DNA from: Paragordius varius
Lineage: Eukaryota > Animalia > Nematomorpha
DNA: 64,000 nucleotides
Assembly: GCA_964247055.1 (NCBI GenBank)
Contig: OZ176051.1
Span: 12,028,001 to 12,092,000, forward strand
Direction: 5' to 3'
Shown: positions 14,608 through 27,084 of the stretch, one piece after another
How the letters are laid out: each line of letters begins with the position of its first letter
Numbering within the stretch: position 1 is the first letter of the stretch
The notes under the pieces: model-generated
Seen by the model: only the letters and a program-made list of their open reading frames with translations
Database searches by the model: none
Told to the model about the DNA's origin: nothing
Made by a program: the position numbers and the translations under genes

Positions 14608-15187
14608 CACTTCGATACAACACATTCACTTTAATCCTTCGATTCAAATTGGGGTAGTTAAATACCCCAACCCTGTTTAAAATTAAATTTTTTAAAAAAT
14701 ATGGAAGGAATCGAAACCATGGCAAAATCTTGCACTTATATAACATTAATAAACCGAAATATATAAAAAACCTTATTTAAAAATACTTGATATTACTTAT
14801 TTTAAGCTAAAACCGAAAGGTAAAAATTTAGTCAACGTTACATGCGTGCAATGGTAAAATTGAAAATAATACAAACTAAACAGCTTTTTCTATTTTTATC
14901 AATGTTAGATGTAATTTAAATAAAAAATTAGCTTTAATTTTACCCTTAACACTAAATGAAGAGACATTTTGCAAAAATGTTGTAAAATAAAAATGGCGTC
15001 GAAGTAGTTTGACATGGAACTTTTTTTTCAAAACATAATTTTATTTAGATATTATGGTATATTTATATAATTTTTATTAGGATAGAAGCATAAATTTAAA
15101 TTAGGACCGTTTCCTTCAGTAATTTTTTAAAAATTCTAACTCGAATTTAGTCTGGGGTATTTAAATACCCCAATTTGAATCGAAGTG
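14608..15187 (+). mobile_element. piggyBac-type MITE (580 bp), copy 1
   Basis: TTAA on both sides (14604-14607, 15188-15191). Ends are CACTT(C/G)GAT...ATCGAAGTG. A subterminal inverted repeat TTCGATTCAAATTGGGGTA has an asymmetric spacer. Non-coding. Confidence 0.85.
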
Positions 15188-15379
15188 TTAATTAAAAACA
15201 TGTTCCGTATTGGATTAAAGTATTTATATTTTTTATAGTTTACTTTTAGAGACTAAAACCCAGCTCCAACACGATTGAACTATCCAGTTTATTTTTAAAA
15301 TTAAATATAAAGTTTAAGGTAACAACCTGAAAGGTCATTCAAATCAATTATTTCTATTTAAAACCATATTATGCATTAA

Positions 15380-15935
15380 CACTTGGATACAACACATTCA
15401 TTTTATTCCTTCAATTCAAATTTGGGTAGTTAAATACCCCATGCCTGTTTAAAATTAAATTCTTTATAAAGCATGGAAGGAATCAAAACCATTGCAAATT
15501 TTGCATTAATATAACATTAATAAACAAAAATATATAAAAAGTTTTATACAAAAATACTTGACATTACATATTTTAACTAAAACCAAAAGGTAAAAATTTA
15601 GTCAACGTGACATATGTGCAATGGTAAAATTGAAAAATATTACAAAATATATGGCTTTTCTATTTCTATCAATGTTAGATGCAATTTAAATAAAAAATTA
15701 GCTTTAATTTTATCATTAAAATTAAGTAAAGAAGATATTTTGCAAAAATTTGTAAAATAAAAATGGGGTCGAAGTGGTTTGAGATAAAAAAAATTTTTCA
15801 AAATAAAATTATATTTAGATATTTTGGAACATTATATAATTTTTATTAGGATAGACGCATAAATTTAATATGGGACCGTTTCATTCAGTAGTTTTTTATA
15901 TCTTAACTCAAATTTAGTCTGGAGTATCCTAATAT
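15380..15935 (+). mobile_element. piggyBac-type MITE copy 2; right end lost and fused to an inverted copy
   Basis: Starts TTAA|CACTTGGATAC and is collinear with copy 1 up to the subterminal CTGGAGTATC-CTAATATCCCAGG motif. The sequence then continues as the reverse complement of the MITE. Confidence 0.8.
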
Positions 15936-16216
15936 CCCAGGCTATATTTAAATATATATGAAAAAACTACTGAAAGAAATGGTCCAATTTAACACTTCGA
16001 TTCAAATTGGGGTATCTAAATACCCCAGGCTAAATTTAAGTTAAAATTTTTAAAAAACTAATGAAGCAAACGGTCCCAATTTAAATTTATGCTTCTAACC
16101 TAATCAAAATTATATAAATATATCAAAATATCTAAATAAAATTTTGTTTTGAAAAAATTTTTCCATGTCAATCTACTTCGACGCCATTTTTATTTTGCAG
16201 AATTATTGCAAAATAT

Positions 16217-19200
16217 AAACCATGTGATTGAAAGCGGGAGGATATTCAAGGATAGTATTTTTTATTATATACTATAAATATATTTAAAAAATAGGTTTCC
16301 TTTTAGTAATTATTAATCTTTTTCTTTGTTTTGTAGAGTTTTTAATTTATTTGTATGCTAAGTATGTAATTTAAAGAGTAACATAATTCTTAAGTCATCA
16401 AAAATCATTGTTATACAGATCTCTCTCTTTTTTTTTCTCTACTCCTTGGTGCCTAATTATTTTATTTTTACTAGCCTAGCCATAATTTCTTTATATTTTT
16501 CCTTTATGATTGCCAGAGAGAGCAAAATATCAATATTTATAATTTATCCAAATTAACAACATTTATAAAGATTACTCCTTAATTTTAATTATTCTAGATA
16601 TTTATTTTTTGTAAAGAGGGTAAGTGAGAGGGAAGGCAATGGCAAACCACCCTCGTTTATTACTGCCAAAAAATAGTTTTACTAAATGAACTTAACAAGA
16701 ATTTTCAAAGTTGGATGCTGGAATGTACGTTCCTTAACATCAACCAAACAAGTGATAATTGAAAAGGAAATGGAAAGATTGAACATAGATATACTGGGTC
16801 TAACGGAAACCAAGCAAAAAGGTAGCGCGAAAGTACAAAACGGAAATTATACATTGTTAAGATCGGGGAGAGATGACCAGAAATCTGAAGGCGTTGCAGT
16901 ATTAATAAAAAACAAATTAAATAAAAGTCTCATTAGTTATACACCATATACACCCAGAATCATGAGTATTAGGCTGAATGCCAAGCCACTTAAATTTACA
17001 TACATAGTAGTCTATGCTCCTACGTCAAACGCTCCCAAAGAAGACATAGAGGACTTTTATGCAACGTTGCAAATAGTTTTGGATGAAACGAAGAAAGGAG
17101 ATATGATTATCATAGGAGGGGATTGGAACAGCAAAGTTGGTAGAGGTAGAGTAGATCAAATAGTCGGGCCATATGGATTGGGAGAACGAAACGAGGCCGG
17201 GGAAGCACTGATCAATTTTTGTCAAGAAAATGAGATGATGATAACCAACACATGGTTTCCACAACACAATAGGAGGTTATACACATGGACCTCTCCATGT
17301 GGTAAATATAAGAATCAAATTGATTACATAATGTGCCCTCAAAAATGGAAAAGCTCTATAATTGATACCAAAACAAGCAAAAGCAGCGATTGCTCTAGCG
17401 ATCATGAGCTTTTAATAACCAAAATCAAACTTAAAATAATTAAAAATAAGGTTAAACAGATATACAGATATGACACTCGGAACATTCCAAATAGTTTTAG
17501 AACAGAAACCAAAGATAGATTAGAAAGATTGGACAATGGATGTAGCTCAGAACAATTATGGGGAACGATAAAAAATGTTGTTAATGAAGTGGCAAAAGAA
17601 AAAGTGCAGAGAGTAAAGAGGAAAGATAACAAATGGATATCAGAAAAGAGTATAGAGATAGCAGAAAAGAGGAGAAAAGCTAAATCAAGAGGTGATAATA
17701 AAATGGTAAAATTATATAACAAAGAATTTCAACGACAAACAAGGAAGGATTACGAAGATTTTCTTAATAAACAATGTCTGGAAGTGGAATTAAATAACAA
17801 AAAAGGATTAATGCAACCAATGTTCCAGAAACTGAAGCAAATGACTCATAAACCTTTTATATCATCACAAAAGATTAAAAAAGAGAATGGCACCATATTG
17901 TGCAAACAAACAGAAGTACGAGAAAGATGGAAGGAATACACCCAAAAACTCTATCAGGCTCCTCAAACAAAGGTGTTGCAATTAAAAGAAGAAGAACGTG
18001 ATCCAGATATATTAAGAGAGGAGGTTGAATTAGCCTTAAAACAAATTCCTAACAACAAAGCGACGGGATTAGACAATATCCCAATAGAGTTCATAAAAGC
18101 TATTCCCGTTGAAAAGTTACACCAGCTATGTCAAAAGGTGTGGGAAACATGTGAGTGGCCAAACGATTGGGCATCATCTGTATATCTCCCAATATATAAA
18201 AAAGGAGGTGTACTCCAATGCGAGAATTATCGGAACATATCTCTTATTAGCCACGCTAGTAAGGTCTTACTAAAAGTAATACAAAACAGAATGCACAGTA
18301 TCATACAGACAGAAATACCAGAAAATCAAGCTGGATTTATGAAGGGAAAAAGCACAAGAGACCATATCTCAAACATGAGAAGGATAATGGAAACATCAAA
18401 AGAGTTCCAGAAAGAATTATACATGTGTTTTATTGATTACAGACAAGCATTCGATTCAATTAACTATGACTCCTTGTGGGAAACATTAAAGTTAGTAGGG
18501 GTATCGTCTCACTTAATAAGATTGATTAGATCTCTGTATGTAAAACAAAGAGCGATTATTAGAACACCAGCGGGGGACACAGACGAAATACCAATCTTGA
18601 AAGGAGTCAGACAAGGGTGTTGCTTATCCCCTTATCTGTTCAATATGTGCACAGAAATGATAATGAGGAAGTTGGATGGTAAAAATATAGGAGTAAGAAT
18701 AGGAGGGAGAACAATCAATAATTTAAGGTTTGCAGACGATACCACTCTTATAGCTGAAAGTGCAAATGATTTGAAGGAATTGATTGAAGAGATTCGAAAG
18801 GAAAGTTTGAGGTATGGTCTTAGGCTTAATCCTAACAAAACCAAAATATTATGTACAGGAAAAAAGCCTACAATTATAATAGAAGGAGTAGAAATAGAAA
18901 TAGTTAAACAGTTAACGTTTTTGGGCGCAATAATTTCAGAGGATGGGTCTTCAACTCCTGACATCAGAAAGAGAATAGGATTGGGTAGAGAAGCGATGAC
19001 CAAATTAATAAAGATTTGGAAAAACAAAAGCGTAGGAGTTGAAACCAAAAAAAGATTACTCTACTGTTTCGTTCTCCCGGTCACCACATATGGATGTGAG
19101 AGTTGGACCCTCAAAAAAAGGGACAAAGAAAGGCTCATGGCTTTTGAAAGGAGCTGCTGGCGTAGGATGCTAGGATACACCTGGAAGGATAAAATTAAGA

Positions 19201-19502
19201 ATGAAAGTCTAACTACAGAAATAAAACCTAAAACAAACATCATGGAGATAATTCTAAAAAGAAAGTTAACATATTTTGGTCATGTCATGCGATCGAATTC
19301 TCTGGAGAAAGATACAATGTTTGGGAAGGTAGAAGGGCAAAGGAAACGAGGCCGACCACCGATGAGGTGGTTGGATATGATAAAAGAAGAGACCAAAATG
19401 ACACTGAAAGAGCTCAATATAGCGGTTAAAGATAGAAAAAAATGGAAAGAAATAGTTAAAACTATATCCAAGTCGTTTACGACTTAGGAAAAACCAACCA
19501 CC
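16217..19502 (+). mobile_element. Apparently full-length RTE-clade non-LTR retrotransposon (3286 bp) with a 12-bp TSD
   Basis: Perfect TSD ATTGCAAAATAT at 16205-16216 and 19503-19514. One intact ORF, a very short 3' UTR and a short AACC/ACC repeat tail. Confidence 0.95.
16686..19487 (+). CDS. RTE LINE ORF: APE endonuclease plus reverse transcriptase (933 aa)
   Basis: EN motifs GCWNVRSL, GLTETK, GGDWNSKVG, NQIDYI, SDH. RT motifs QAGFMKGKST, FIDYRQAFDSI, GVRQGCCLSP, LRFADD. RTE C-terminal motifs YFGHVMR and RGRPPMRWLD. Confidence 0.97.
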   Translation: MNLTRIFKVGCWNVRSLTSTKQVIIEKEMERLNIDILGLTETKQKGSAKVQNGNYTLLRSGRDDQKSEGVAVLIKNKLNKSLISYTPYTPRIMSIRLNAKPLKFTYIVVYAPTSNAPKEDIEDFYATLQIVLDETKKGDMIIIGGDWNSKVGRGRVDQIVGPYGLGERNEAGEALINFCQENEMMITNTWFPQHNRRLYTWTSPCGKYKNQIDYIMCPQKWKSSIIDTKTSKSSDCSSDHELLITKIKLKIIKNKVKQIYRYDTRNIPNSFRTETKDRLERLDNGCSSEQLWGTIKNVVNEVAKEKVQRVKRKDNKWISEKSIEIAEKRRKAKSRGDNKMVKLYNKEFQRQTRKDYEDFLNKQCLEVELNNKKGLMQPMFQKLKQMTHKPFISSQKIKKENGTILCKQTEVRERWKEYTQKLYQAPQTKVLQLKEEERDPDILREEVELALKQIPNNKATGLDNIPIEFIKAIPVEKLHQLCQKVWETCEWPNDWASSVYLPIYKKGGVLQCENYRNISLISHASKVLLKVIQNRMHSIIQTEIPENQAGFMKGKSTRDHISNMRRIMETSKEFQKELYMCFIDYRQAFDSINYDSLWETLKLVGVSSHLIRLIRSLYVKQRAIIRTPAGDTDEIPILKGVRQGCCLSPYLFNMCTEMIMRKLDGKNIGVRIGGRTINNLRFADDTTLIAESANDLKELIEEIRKESLRYGLRLNPNKTKILCTGKKPTIIIEGVEIEIVKQLTFLGAIISEDGSSTPDIRKRIGLGREAMTKLIKIWKNKSVGVETKKRLLYCFVLPVTTYGCESWTLKKRDKERLMAFERSCWRRMLGYTWKDKIKNESLTTEIKPKTNIMEIILKRKLTYFGHVMRSNSLEKDTMFGKVEGQRKRGRPPMRWLDMIKEETKMTLKELNIAVKDRKKWKEIVKTISKSFTT

Positions 19503-19873
19503 ATTGCAAAATATCGTCTTCATTTAATTTTAATGGTAAAATTAAAGCAAATTTTTTATTTAAATTACATTTGCATTGATAGAAATAGAAAAAACGGTTT
19601 ATTTTTGTATTATTTTTCAATTTTACCATTTCACACATTTCACGTTGACTAAATTTTTACCTTTCAGTTTTAGATTAAAATAATAAATATCAAGTATTTT
19701 TTAATATTTTTTATATATTTCGGTTTATTAATGTTATATAAGTGCAAAATTTTGCCAAGGTTTTGATTCCTTCCATATTTTTTAAAGAATTTAATTTTAA
19801 ACAGGCCTGGGGTATCCAACTACCCCAATTTGAATCGAAGGACTGAAATGAATGTTTTGTATCCAAGTGTTAA

Positions 19874-20877
19874 ATAATATCTAAATAAAATTTGGTTTTG
19901 AAAAAAAATTCCATATCATACTATTTCGACGCCATTTTTATTTTACAACATTTTTGCAAAATATCGTGTTTTTTTATAGAATGAAAGCTAATTCATTTAA
20001 CACTTGGATACAACACACTCATTTTAGTCCTTCGATTCAAATTGGGGTAGTTGGATACCCCAGGCCTGTATAAAATTAAATACTTTAAAAAGTATGGAAG
20101 GAATCGAAACCATTGCAAAATTTTGTACTTATATAACATTAATAACCGAAATATATAAAAAATTGTATTCAAAAATACTTGATATTACTTATTTTAAGCT
20201 AAAATCGAAAAGTAAAATTTCGTCAACGTGACATGTGTCAAATTGTAGAATTAAAAAATAATACAAAATAAACCGCTTTTTCCGTTTCTATCAATGTTAG
20301 ATGTAATTTATATATAAAAATAGCTTTAGTTTTACCCTTAAAATTAAATGAAGACGATATTTTGCAAAATTTTTGTAAAATAAAAATGGCGTCGAAGTAG
20401 TTTGAGATGGAACTTTTTTTTCAAAACAAAATTTTATCAAGATATTTTGGCATATTTATATAATATTTATCAGGATAGAAGCATAAATTTAAATTGGGAC
20501 CGTTTCCGTCAGTAGTTTTATAAAAATTTTAATTTAAACTTAGTCTGGGGTATTTAGATACCCCAATTTGAATCGAAGTGTTAAATCACATCTAACAATG
20601 ATAGAAAAAGCAAAAATGGTATATTTTGTATCATTTTTAAATTTAGCCAATGCACACATGTCATGTTGACTAAATTTTCTTGAGGTTTTAGCTAAAAATA
20701 AGTAATATCAAGTATTTTCGAATGAAATTTTTTATATATTTTGGATAATTAATGTAATAAATGTGCAAATTTTTGCCTCGATTTCAATTCATTCCATATT
20801 TTTGAATTATTTACTTTCAGGTCTGGTATCCAACTACCCCAATTTGAATCGAAGGACTAATATGTTGTATCCAAGTG
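19874..20877 (-). mobile_element. Older, more diverged piggyBac-type MITE, interrupted by copy 4 (and probably copy 3; its left part lies at about 15935-15992)
   Basis: 19874-20000 and 20585-20877 are consecutive parts of the reverse-complemented MITE. They join across the TTAA flanking copy 4 and end in ATCCAAGTG|TTAA at 20877. Confidence 0.75.
20001..20580 (+). mobile_element. piggyBac-type MITE copy 4 (580 bp)
   Basis: TTAA at 19997-20000 and 20581-20584; both ends intact. Confidence 0.88.
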
Positions 20878-21458
20878 TTAAAAAATTTAAAAAAAATGGC
20901 GGCCAAAAGGTTTGAGATGGGGATATTTTACAATGATACATTTTTTTAAAATAAAAAATTAGGGCCGAAAATAGAATACATGTTGTCAAATTCGGCCCAA
21001 TACCTTAAATTTGTTTTAAGATAGCGGAAATTTCGTATAGCTATGGGATATAAAGCAGCCCCAAAAGGCAAAATAACGTGTTAACATATACTTTAATGCC
21101 TTATTTTCAAATTATTGACCATACAATAAGTTTTTTTATTTTACAATTAATTTGCCTATTTAATTTAGATAGAAATGGCGGCTTAAAATATGTAAGGAAC
21201 AATTTTAAATCATTGCTATGGTATCATTGTACCTAAAATGGGAGTTTGTTAAAAAATATCCTGGTGGTACATAGTCTGATAAAATAATGTAATTTATGAT
21301 AGTTTTGAAGCCTTCACGTGATAAAGTACATCATATTTTTAGCAACTGATTCATATCAGAAAATTGCATAAATTGAGCATAGTTTGCTAAAAAAATATTT
21401 TTGGTGCTAGCTAATTACTTCATTTCAAAAAATATAACAAAAATATATTATAATTTAA

Positions 21459-22036
21459 CACTTGGATACATCATACTCATTTTAGTCCTTCGATTCAAAT
21501 TGGGGTAGCTGAATACCCCAGGCCTATTTAAAATCAAATACTTTAAAAAGTATGGAAGCAATCGAAACCATGGCAAAATTTTGCACTTATATAACATTAA
21601 TAAACCAAAATATATAAAAAATTTTATTCAAAAACTTGATATTTCTTATTTTGAGCTAACACTGAAAGGTAAAAATTTAGTCAACGTGACATGTGTCAAA
21701 TTGTAAAATTAAAAAATAATACAAAATAAACCGCTTTTTCCATTTCTATCAATGTTAGATGTAATTTATATAAAAAATAAGCTTTAGTTTTACCCTTAAA
21801 ATAAAATGAAGACGATATTTTGCAAAATTTTTGTAAAATAAAAATGGCGTCGAAGTAGTTTGAGATAAAACTTTTTTTCAAAACAAAATTTTATCAATAT
21901 ATTTTGGCATATTTATATAATATTTATCAGGATAGAAGCATAAAATAAATTGGGACCGTTTTCTTCAGTAGTTTTTTAAAAAAATTAATTTAAATTTAGT
22001 CTGGGGTATTTAGATACCCCAATTTGAATCGAAGTG
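21459..22036 (+). mobile_element. piggyBac-type MITE copy 5 (578 bp)
   Basis: TTAA at 21455-21458 and 22037-22040; closely similar to copy 4. Confidence 0.88.
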
Positions 22037-25000
22037 TTAATAAAAGCAATACATTATTTTATTAAAAAAATAATTTTAGATGAGGGCCGGAAAATTTGCA
22101 TTCAATGTGGTTTAAATGGAGAAGTTCCCAAATAGGTAAAAATGTGATTGCCCGAAATTTTGAATATACATTATTTGACATAAAAAAACATTAAATATTT
22201 TGCTTAAAAATTTAATTTATAGGAAAATTTTGGTGTAATTAGTTTTATGGGATATTAAAGCATTGAGGAAACGGTACCTAAACATTTAAAAAAAAACATT
22301 TTATAAAATATTGAGCAGGTCTTCCATTTTTTTAGATAGCCCCAAAAAATACCCAACTTCTTTCTATTTATTTTTTTGTTATTATAATATTAAATTTATT
22401 TTATTGGTTTATTAAGATGTGCTGATTATATGATGCACATAAATATTATGAGAAATTTTACAATTTTGCAAAATATCAAATATATCCAAGCTAATCCTCA
22501 GTCTCTTAACCATTGTAAACACCGCAAAACCCATTAAAGTTTAAGATTGTTTAAATAATAGTTTTTGTATTTAAACCGAAAATTGACTTAAGAAAAACTA
22601 TCCCTAAATGATGATAAATTGATCAAAAAACACAAATATCCTTTTAAAACAAAATTTTATGTTTTTATATTAGCTATGATAATCTTAAATTTGTTAAACC
22701 GAGTACCGGGGCTGGTGTCTAAAAAAATGAATTGTTGAAAAATATATTTTTGAATATTTACCGTTTTTTACTGCCACCAGTTCATTTGGGAAATGCGAAT
22801 TCCATCAAAGTTTTCCTCCGATTCGTTATATTATTTTTGTTTTATCAAATAAATGACTAAAAATAATATATTTTTATATATAAAATGGAGAAAATTATTT
22901 GTCTCCTTTTTAAATTTCATCAGCCAAAAGATTAATTAACTATTGATATTAATAAAATAAAATTATTTTAGCCATGATATTCAGATAGTATAATAGGGTT
23001 TCTTTTGATGTTTAGCACAAAGCTTTAAATTGTTTTTGACCCATTAAAAGGTAAATAACACAAGATATTTGAATTTTTTAACTAATATATTGTTTTTTAT
23101 TTAATTTGTACGGCGATAAGGCCAGTTTTATGCAGCAAAATTGTATAACTTTTTTCACAATTTAAATTTTTTTAATAAATTTTATTTTTCGTGATATCAG
23201 CCAGTTATCATAAATATAAGTCAAAAAGATTTTTCATTTGATTAAAATATAGATAATTATTTGAGTAACGCACTCTTTCATAATGCCTATTATTTAATTT
23301 TTAAACAGTCGGGCAGTTGAATGCATTTTTTTGATATAACTCACAGATAATGTTTATATATATATATAATCACATTTATAAGTTACAGAAGTATCACCTT
23401 TTTTCCATAAAATATTTAAATAATAACCAGCATAAAAAATGAAAGACCAATAAGAAAATTGTAGAGGCAAACCGCTTTCAAATTTTTTAAAACAATTTCT
23501 AAAACCAAATTAGATTTTACTACGATGGCATCGCTTCAACATTTTAAGTTTCGCCCCCATTTAGAAATGACTATGTATATTTGTAAAACAAAGCCGATAG
23601 TTAATGTTTCTGAATACATTATGGTTGCGATTTTATTTTTTTCTAAAATTTTCTTTTTATATACTTATATTGTTTTAACACACCAAAAAATTTTAAAGAA
23701 CTTTCGGTACTACTATAAGTTAATAATCGTAATGCCGATTACATGGTATTATATGGATAAGGGATAAAGATTTGTACAAATAGTATACATTTAAAAGATT
23801 AGTGTCTTTTGAGAGCAGGTGATAGTTAATTTTTGAAATATGTGCAAAGAACGACATATATCAAAAAAATGATATTATATCCGGACGAAAATTAGCATAA
23901 AATAATTACGAAATGGGAAGATGACTGGTAAAAGGGTTTGCAAAACAGAATCATGAACGAAATTATATAGTAAGCAGTGTTCAGATAATGTTATATAAAG
24001 TTACACGAAAGATACAGATTAAATTTGGAGCAGCTCTTTATGCGCCTGCTATAAACAGCAGGACCATGATCGATGTTTGATGCGATTATAAATAAAACGA
24101 TAATTTTAGACCGTAAATAGATTAAAATCAAAGTAATTTGCCAAAATAACATATTATATCTGTAAAAGATATTATTTCTGCTGTAGACATTTTCAAAGGT
24201 CTACGATAAAATGTTTTATAGCATTATCTAAATACCCAGCTTGAAAGAAGCTTTCTTCTAGAAAAGAATAAATTAAAATACAATCTAATTAAAAATATAA
24301 TGGAAAATTCAGATATTCATTATTATAGGAGAATCATTAAAATTATAGATAATACAGATTAAATCCTATCCTTGTTTGAAAGTTGGATAGAAAAGATTTG
24401 GATAAAAAGGAGTACCAAGACATTTCGATGATTAAATTTGATTGGTTATACGAAATAGGATATATTTACTTTTCCATCGAAAATGTAAATGAAATTTATT
24501 TGAAATGATTGACTTAAGTTACAATTGAGCAACAAAAAAAATATTGTAAGAAAAGCCATGGCATTATGTATGTAGATGTAGTGCACCCTGAATTGGGAAA
24601 GAAAAACAACGACACTTTTTTGAATCTGCTATTTCTTTTTATAGCATTTTTTAAATAATTTTAGCATGGCATTGAGCCAGTAATATATATGATTTTGAAA
24701 GAAAATTAACAAAATTAATAATCTGAACATTATATCTGACAGGTGATTTAAAGCAATTATTATAAGCTACATCCCATGAATGATATGAATATGCTGATGT
24801 TAAGTAATGTAGGCGCTCGAAACTAAGTGAAGAGATATAATAAATAAGGATTTATAACAGTCGATTAGATTTTAATAAAGTTAATACTAAAAGAGAGTTT
24901 GGAACAAGATTGAAGCTTATAACCACTCATAAATGAGTAATTTTTTTATGTATTATTTGAAATGACTTGTCAATATCATCTTTTTTTAAAATAAAATTTT

Positions 25001-25199
25001 TTGGCGCTCGACACATCAGAACCCCTTTACCAACTACGCCACTGGTGGAAAGATAAAATAGATTTTACAAGTTTTAAATTAATTTAGGTTGTTTAGAAAC
25101 ATAGACAAAACAGGTATTAAGTATAATATTAGATTGTTGTTGCTAAAATACGATTCCGACTAACTGCAACATTGAAAATAAAACTTTTCCATTCATGGC

Positions 25200-25430
25200 G
25201 AATACAAGATCCTGGCGTCTAGTTTGAATAATTTTTCTTATAACTAACTTGAAAGGTCACTGATGCTGTGAAAAGTGAGTAATACTCGTAAAAGAGAAAA
25301 AGAATAAGAGAAGAACTCGTTGGATGGATAACATCCTCAAAGAAACTAACCAAACATTTTATCATGTAATGGCAATAAAAAGATGGGAGTGGGCGCGGTT
25401 GGAAAGGTATGAAATGCAATAATAGCTTAT
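25200..25430 (+). mobile_element. 3' fragment of a decayed RTE LINE
   Basis: Broken frames read ERSLML*K and RRTRWMDNILKET...RWEW, matching the RTE C-terminal EKxxMxGKxEGxRxRGRPxxRWLD region. Confidence 0.6.
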
Positions 25431-27084
25431 ATAACACTAGACAACAAATTTTGAAAAGTACATTAATATATACTTGAAAAAAATGATCTAATACCAAAGA
25501 AATTATTTAGGGTTTATCGATTGGCCTCGATTAAACATTAAACTCAAATTTTCAAATTTTAAAGGTTAAGATATAGCGCAATGTGATAGTATGCATTTTA
25601 TATAATTTTCATTTCTCTCTCAAATAATAATTTACAAATAGGATATTATTGTATAGTTTTAAAGCAAATATATTTTAAATTCTAAGGATGGCAAAAAAAT
25701 TAAACTATAAATATCAGAAAATGCTAATAAACTTGAGGAAAATTTCATATTATGGGTTCTTAGTGATAAATGATTAAATCAAAAAAAGTATAGGATCTGT
25801 TTGATCGAGGGTTTATGAAAATATATGGCACATATATAAAGCTACATTTAAATTACGTTTTTAGTTGTTTCAGTTAAAAAAGCCATTGTGGCCAAATTAA
25901 ACATATTCAATAATATTAATTTCTATTCATATGCGAAAAACACTAATATAACTAAATTTAATTTATATAACCAACAACTTTTTATTGTCAATCAACAGTC
26001 AATCTGCGACACACAATAAACGAGTTTAATACAAGGTCATGATTATACAAATTGATGCAAGAATTAAAGGTAAAAAATATTTTGGTATATCTAAAATATA
26101 AACATATTTGTGACCCGAATAAACTATTCCCATTTTCATTGCATAAATGTAAAAAATATTATTCCCTTATAATGTTATTAAATTGTTTTTGTCAATAGTA
26201 TTTACAGCAATTTAGAGAATTCGAATCGAGCGAGGATATCGTAAGTGTCATTATAGACATTTAATATGCATATTATTTCTTTGTAAAAAGCGTTATGACC
26301 GTAAATAAATTTTTCAAAATTTAAATATATTTGATATCCTATTGTAAACTAAATAATATTTATAACGAGTTTAAACAAAACAAAACGGTGATTAAGGCTT
26401 CTCTATGAATTAGAAGTGTGGAATATTATTTATTTTTCCGATTTCTTTGCATTAGACTCAAAATAGTTAATAATGCACTACCTTTTCCTTTTTAAAACAT
26501 ATACATTTAGGGGTGGTTTTCCACGTCAAAAGCTTTGCCTCATAATAAACTATTGTTAAGTTTAGTGAAATTTATTGCAAATATTTTAACCATAAACATA
26601 TATTTTTACAGTTTTTAATTTTTAGAGGCAGCGATACTGAACTAAAAATGTATTTTATTGAAGCAAAAGCTGTTTTCAACTCAATAAATATTAAAAAGTC
26701 AGCTACAATATAATTTAAAAGCTTAATAAAGTTATAACTTATATTTTTTTACAAAAATATACTATTGCTTATTATGTTAATGTATGATAATCTAACAAAA
26801 ATGTCGACGAAAGTTTGAGATGAAGAATTTTGCAATTTTCCATTAAAAAACAATATTTTCAAATTTCGTTGATACCTTAAATAGTTATAAAAATAAAATT
26901 TAGATACACTTCTTGGTTCCAAACTACCCCCAAATATATTGGATTATTCTATTTAAATGTATAATTATGTTCATTTTATCGTATATTTTAATCCATAACT
27001 TTTGTTAAACCTCCCTTGACAAAAATAAACGCTGCAATGATTCATATATCTCTAATACTAGTTTAACACAATATATGGACAATT

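Larger units (their letters stand above)
15993..19869 (-). mobile_element. piggyBac-type MITE copy 3, split by the RTE insertion
   Basis: TTAA at 15989-15992 and 19870-19873. The MITE sequence stops at 16216 and resumes at 19503 with ATTGCAAAATAT duplicated. Confidence 0.88.

Noticed and set aside
16600-16700. HDV-like ribozyme in the RTE 5' UTR
   Set aside because: Partial P1, P3 and P4 pairings can be drawn, but P2 does not form and the site is 400 bp from the element end; not supportable by eye.
17025-19523. Minus-strand ORFs within the RTE
   Set aside because: Antisense shadows of the LINE ORF with no recognisable motifs.
14608-22036. Recurring ~25-bp repeats (TTCGATTCAAATTGGGGTA) next to a reverse transcriptase, suggesting CRISPR, retron or DGR
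   Set aside because: The repeats are inverted MITE ends separated by homologous 500-bp interiors rather than unique spacers. The RT is an EN-RT LINE protein and the context is eukaryotic.
23800-24900. Possible highly decayed LINE RT
   Set aside because: Only vague motif hints; no convincing collinear peptide.
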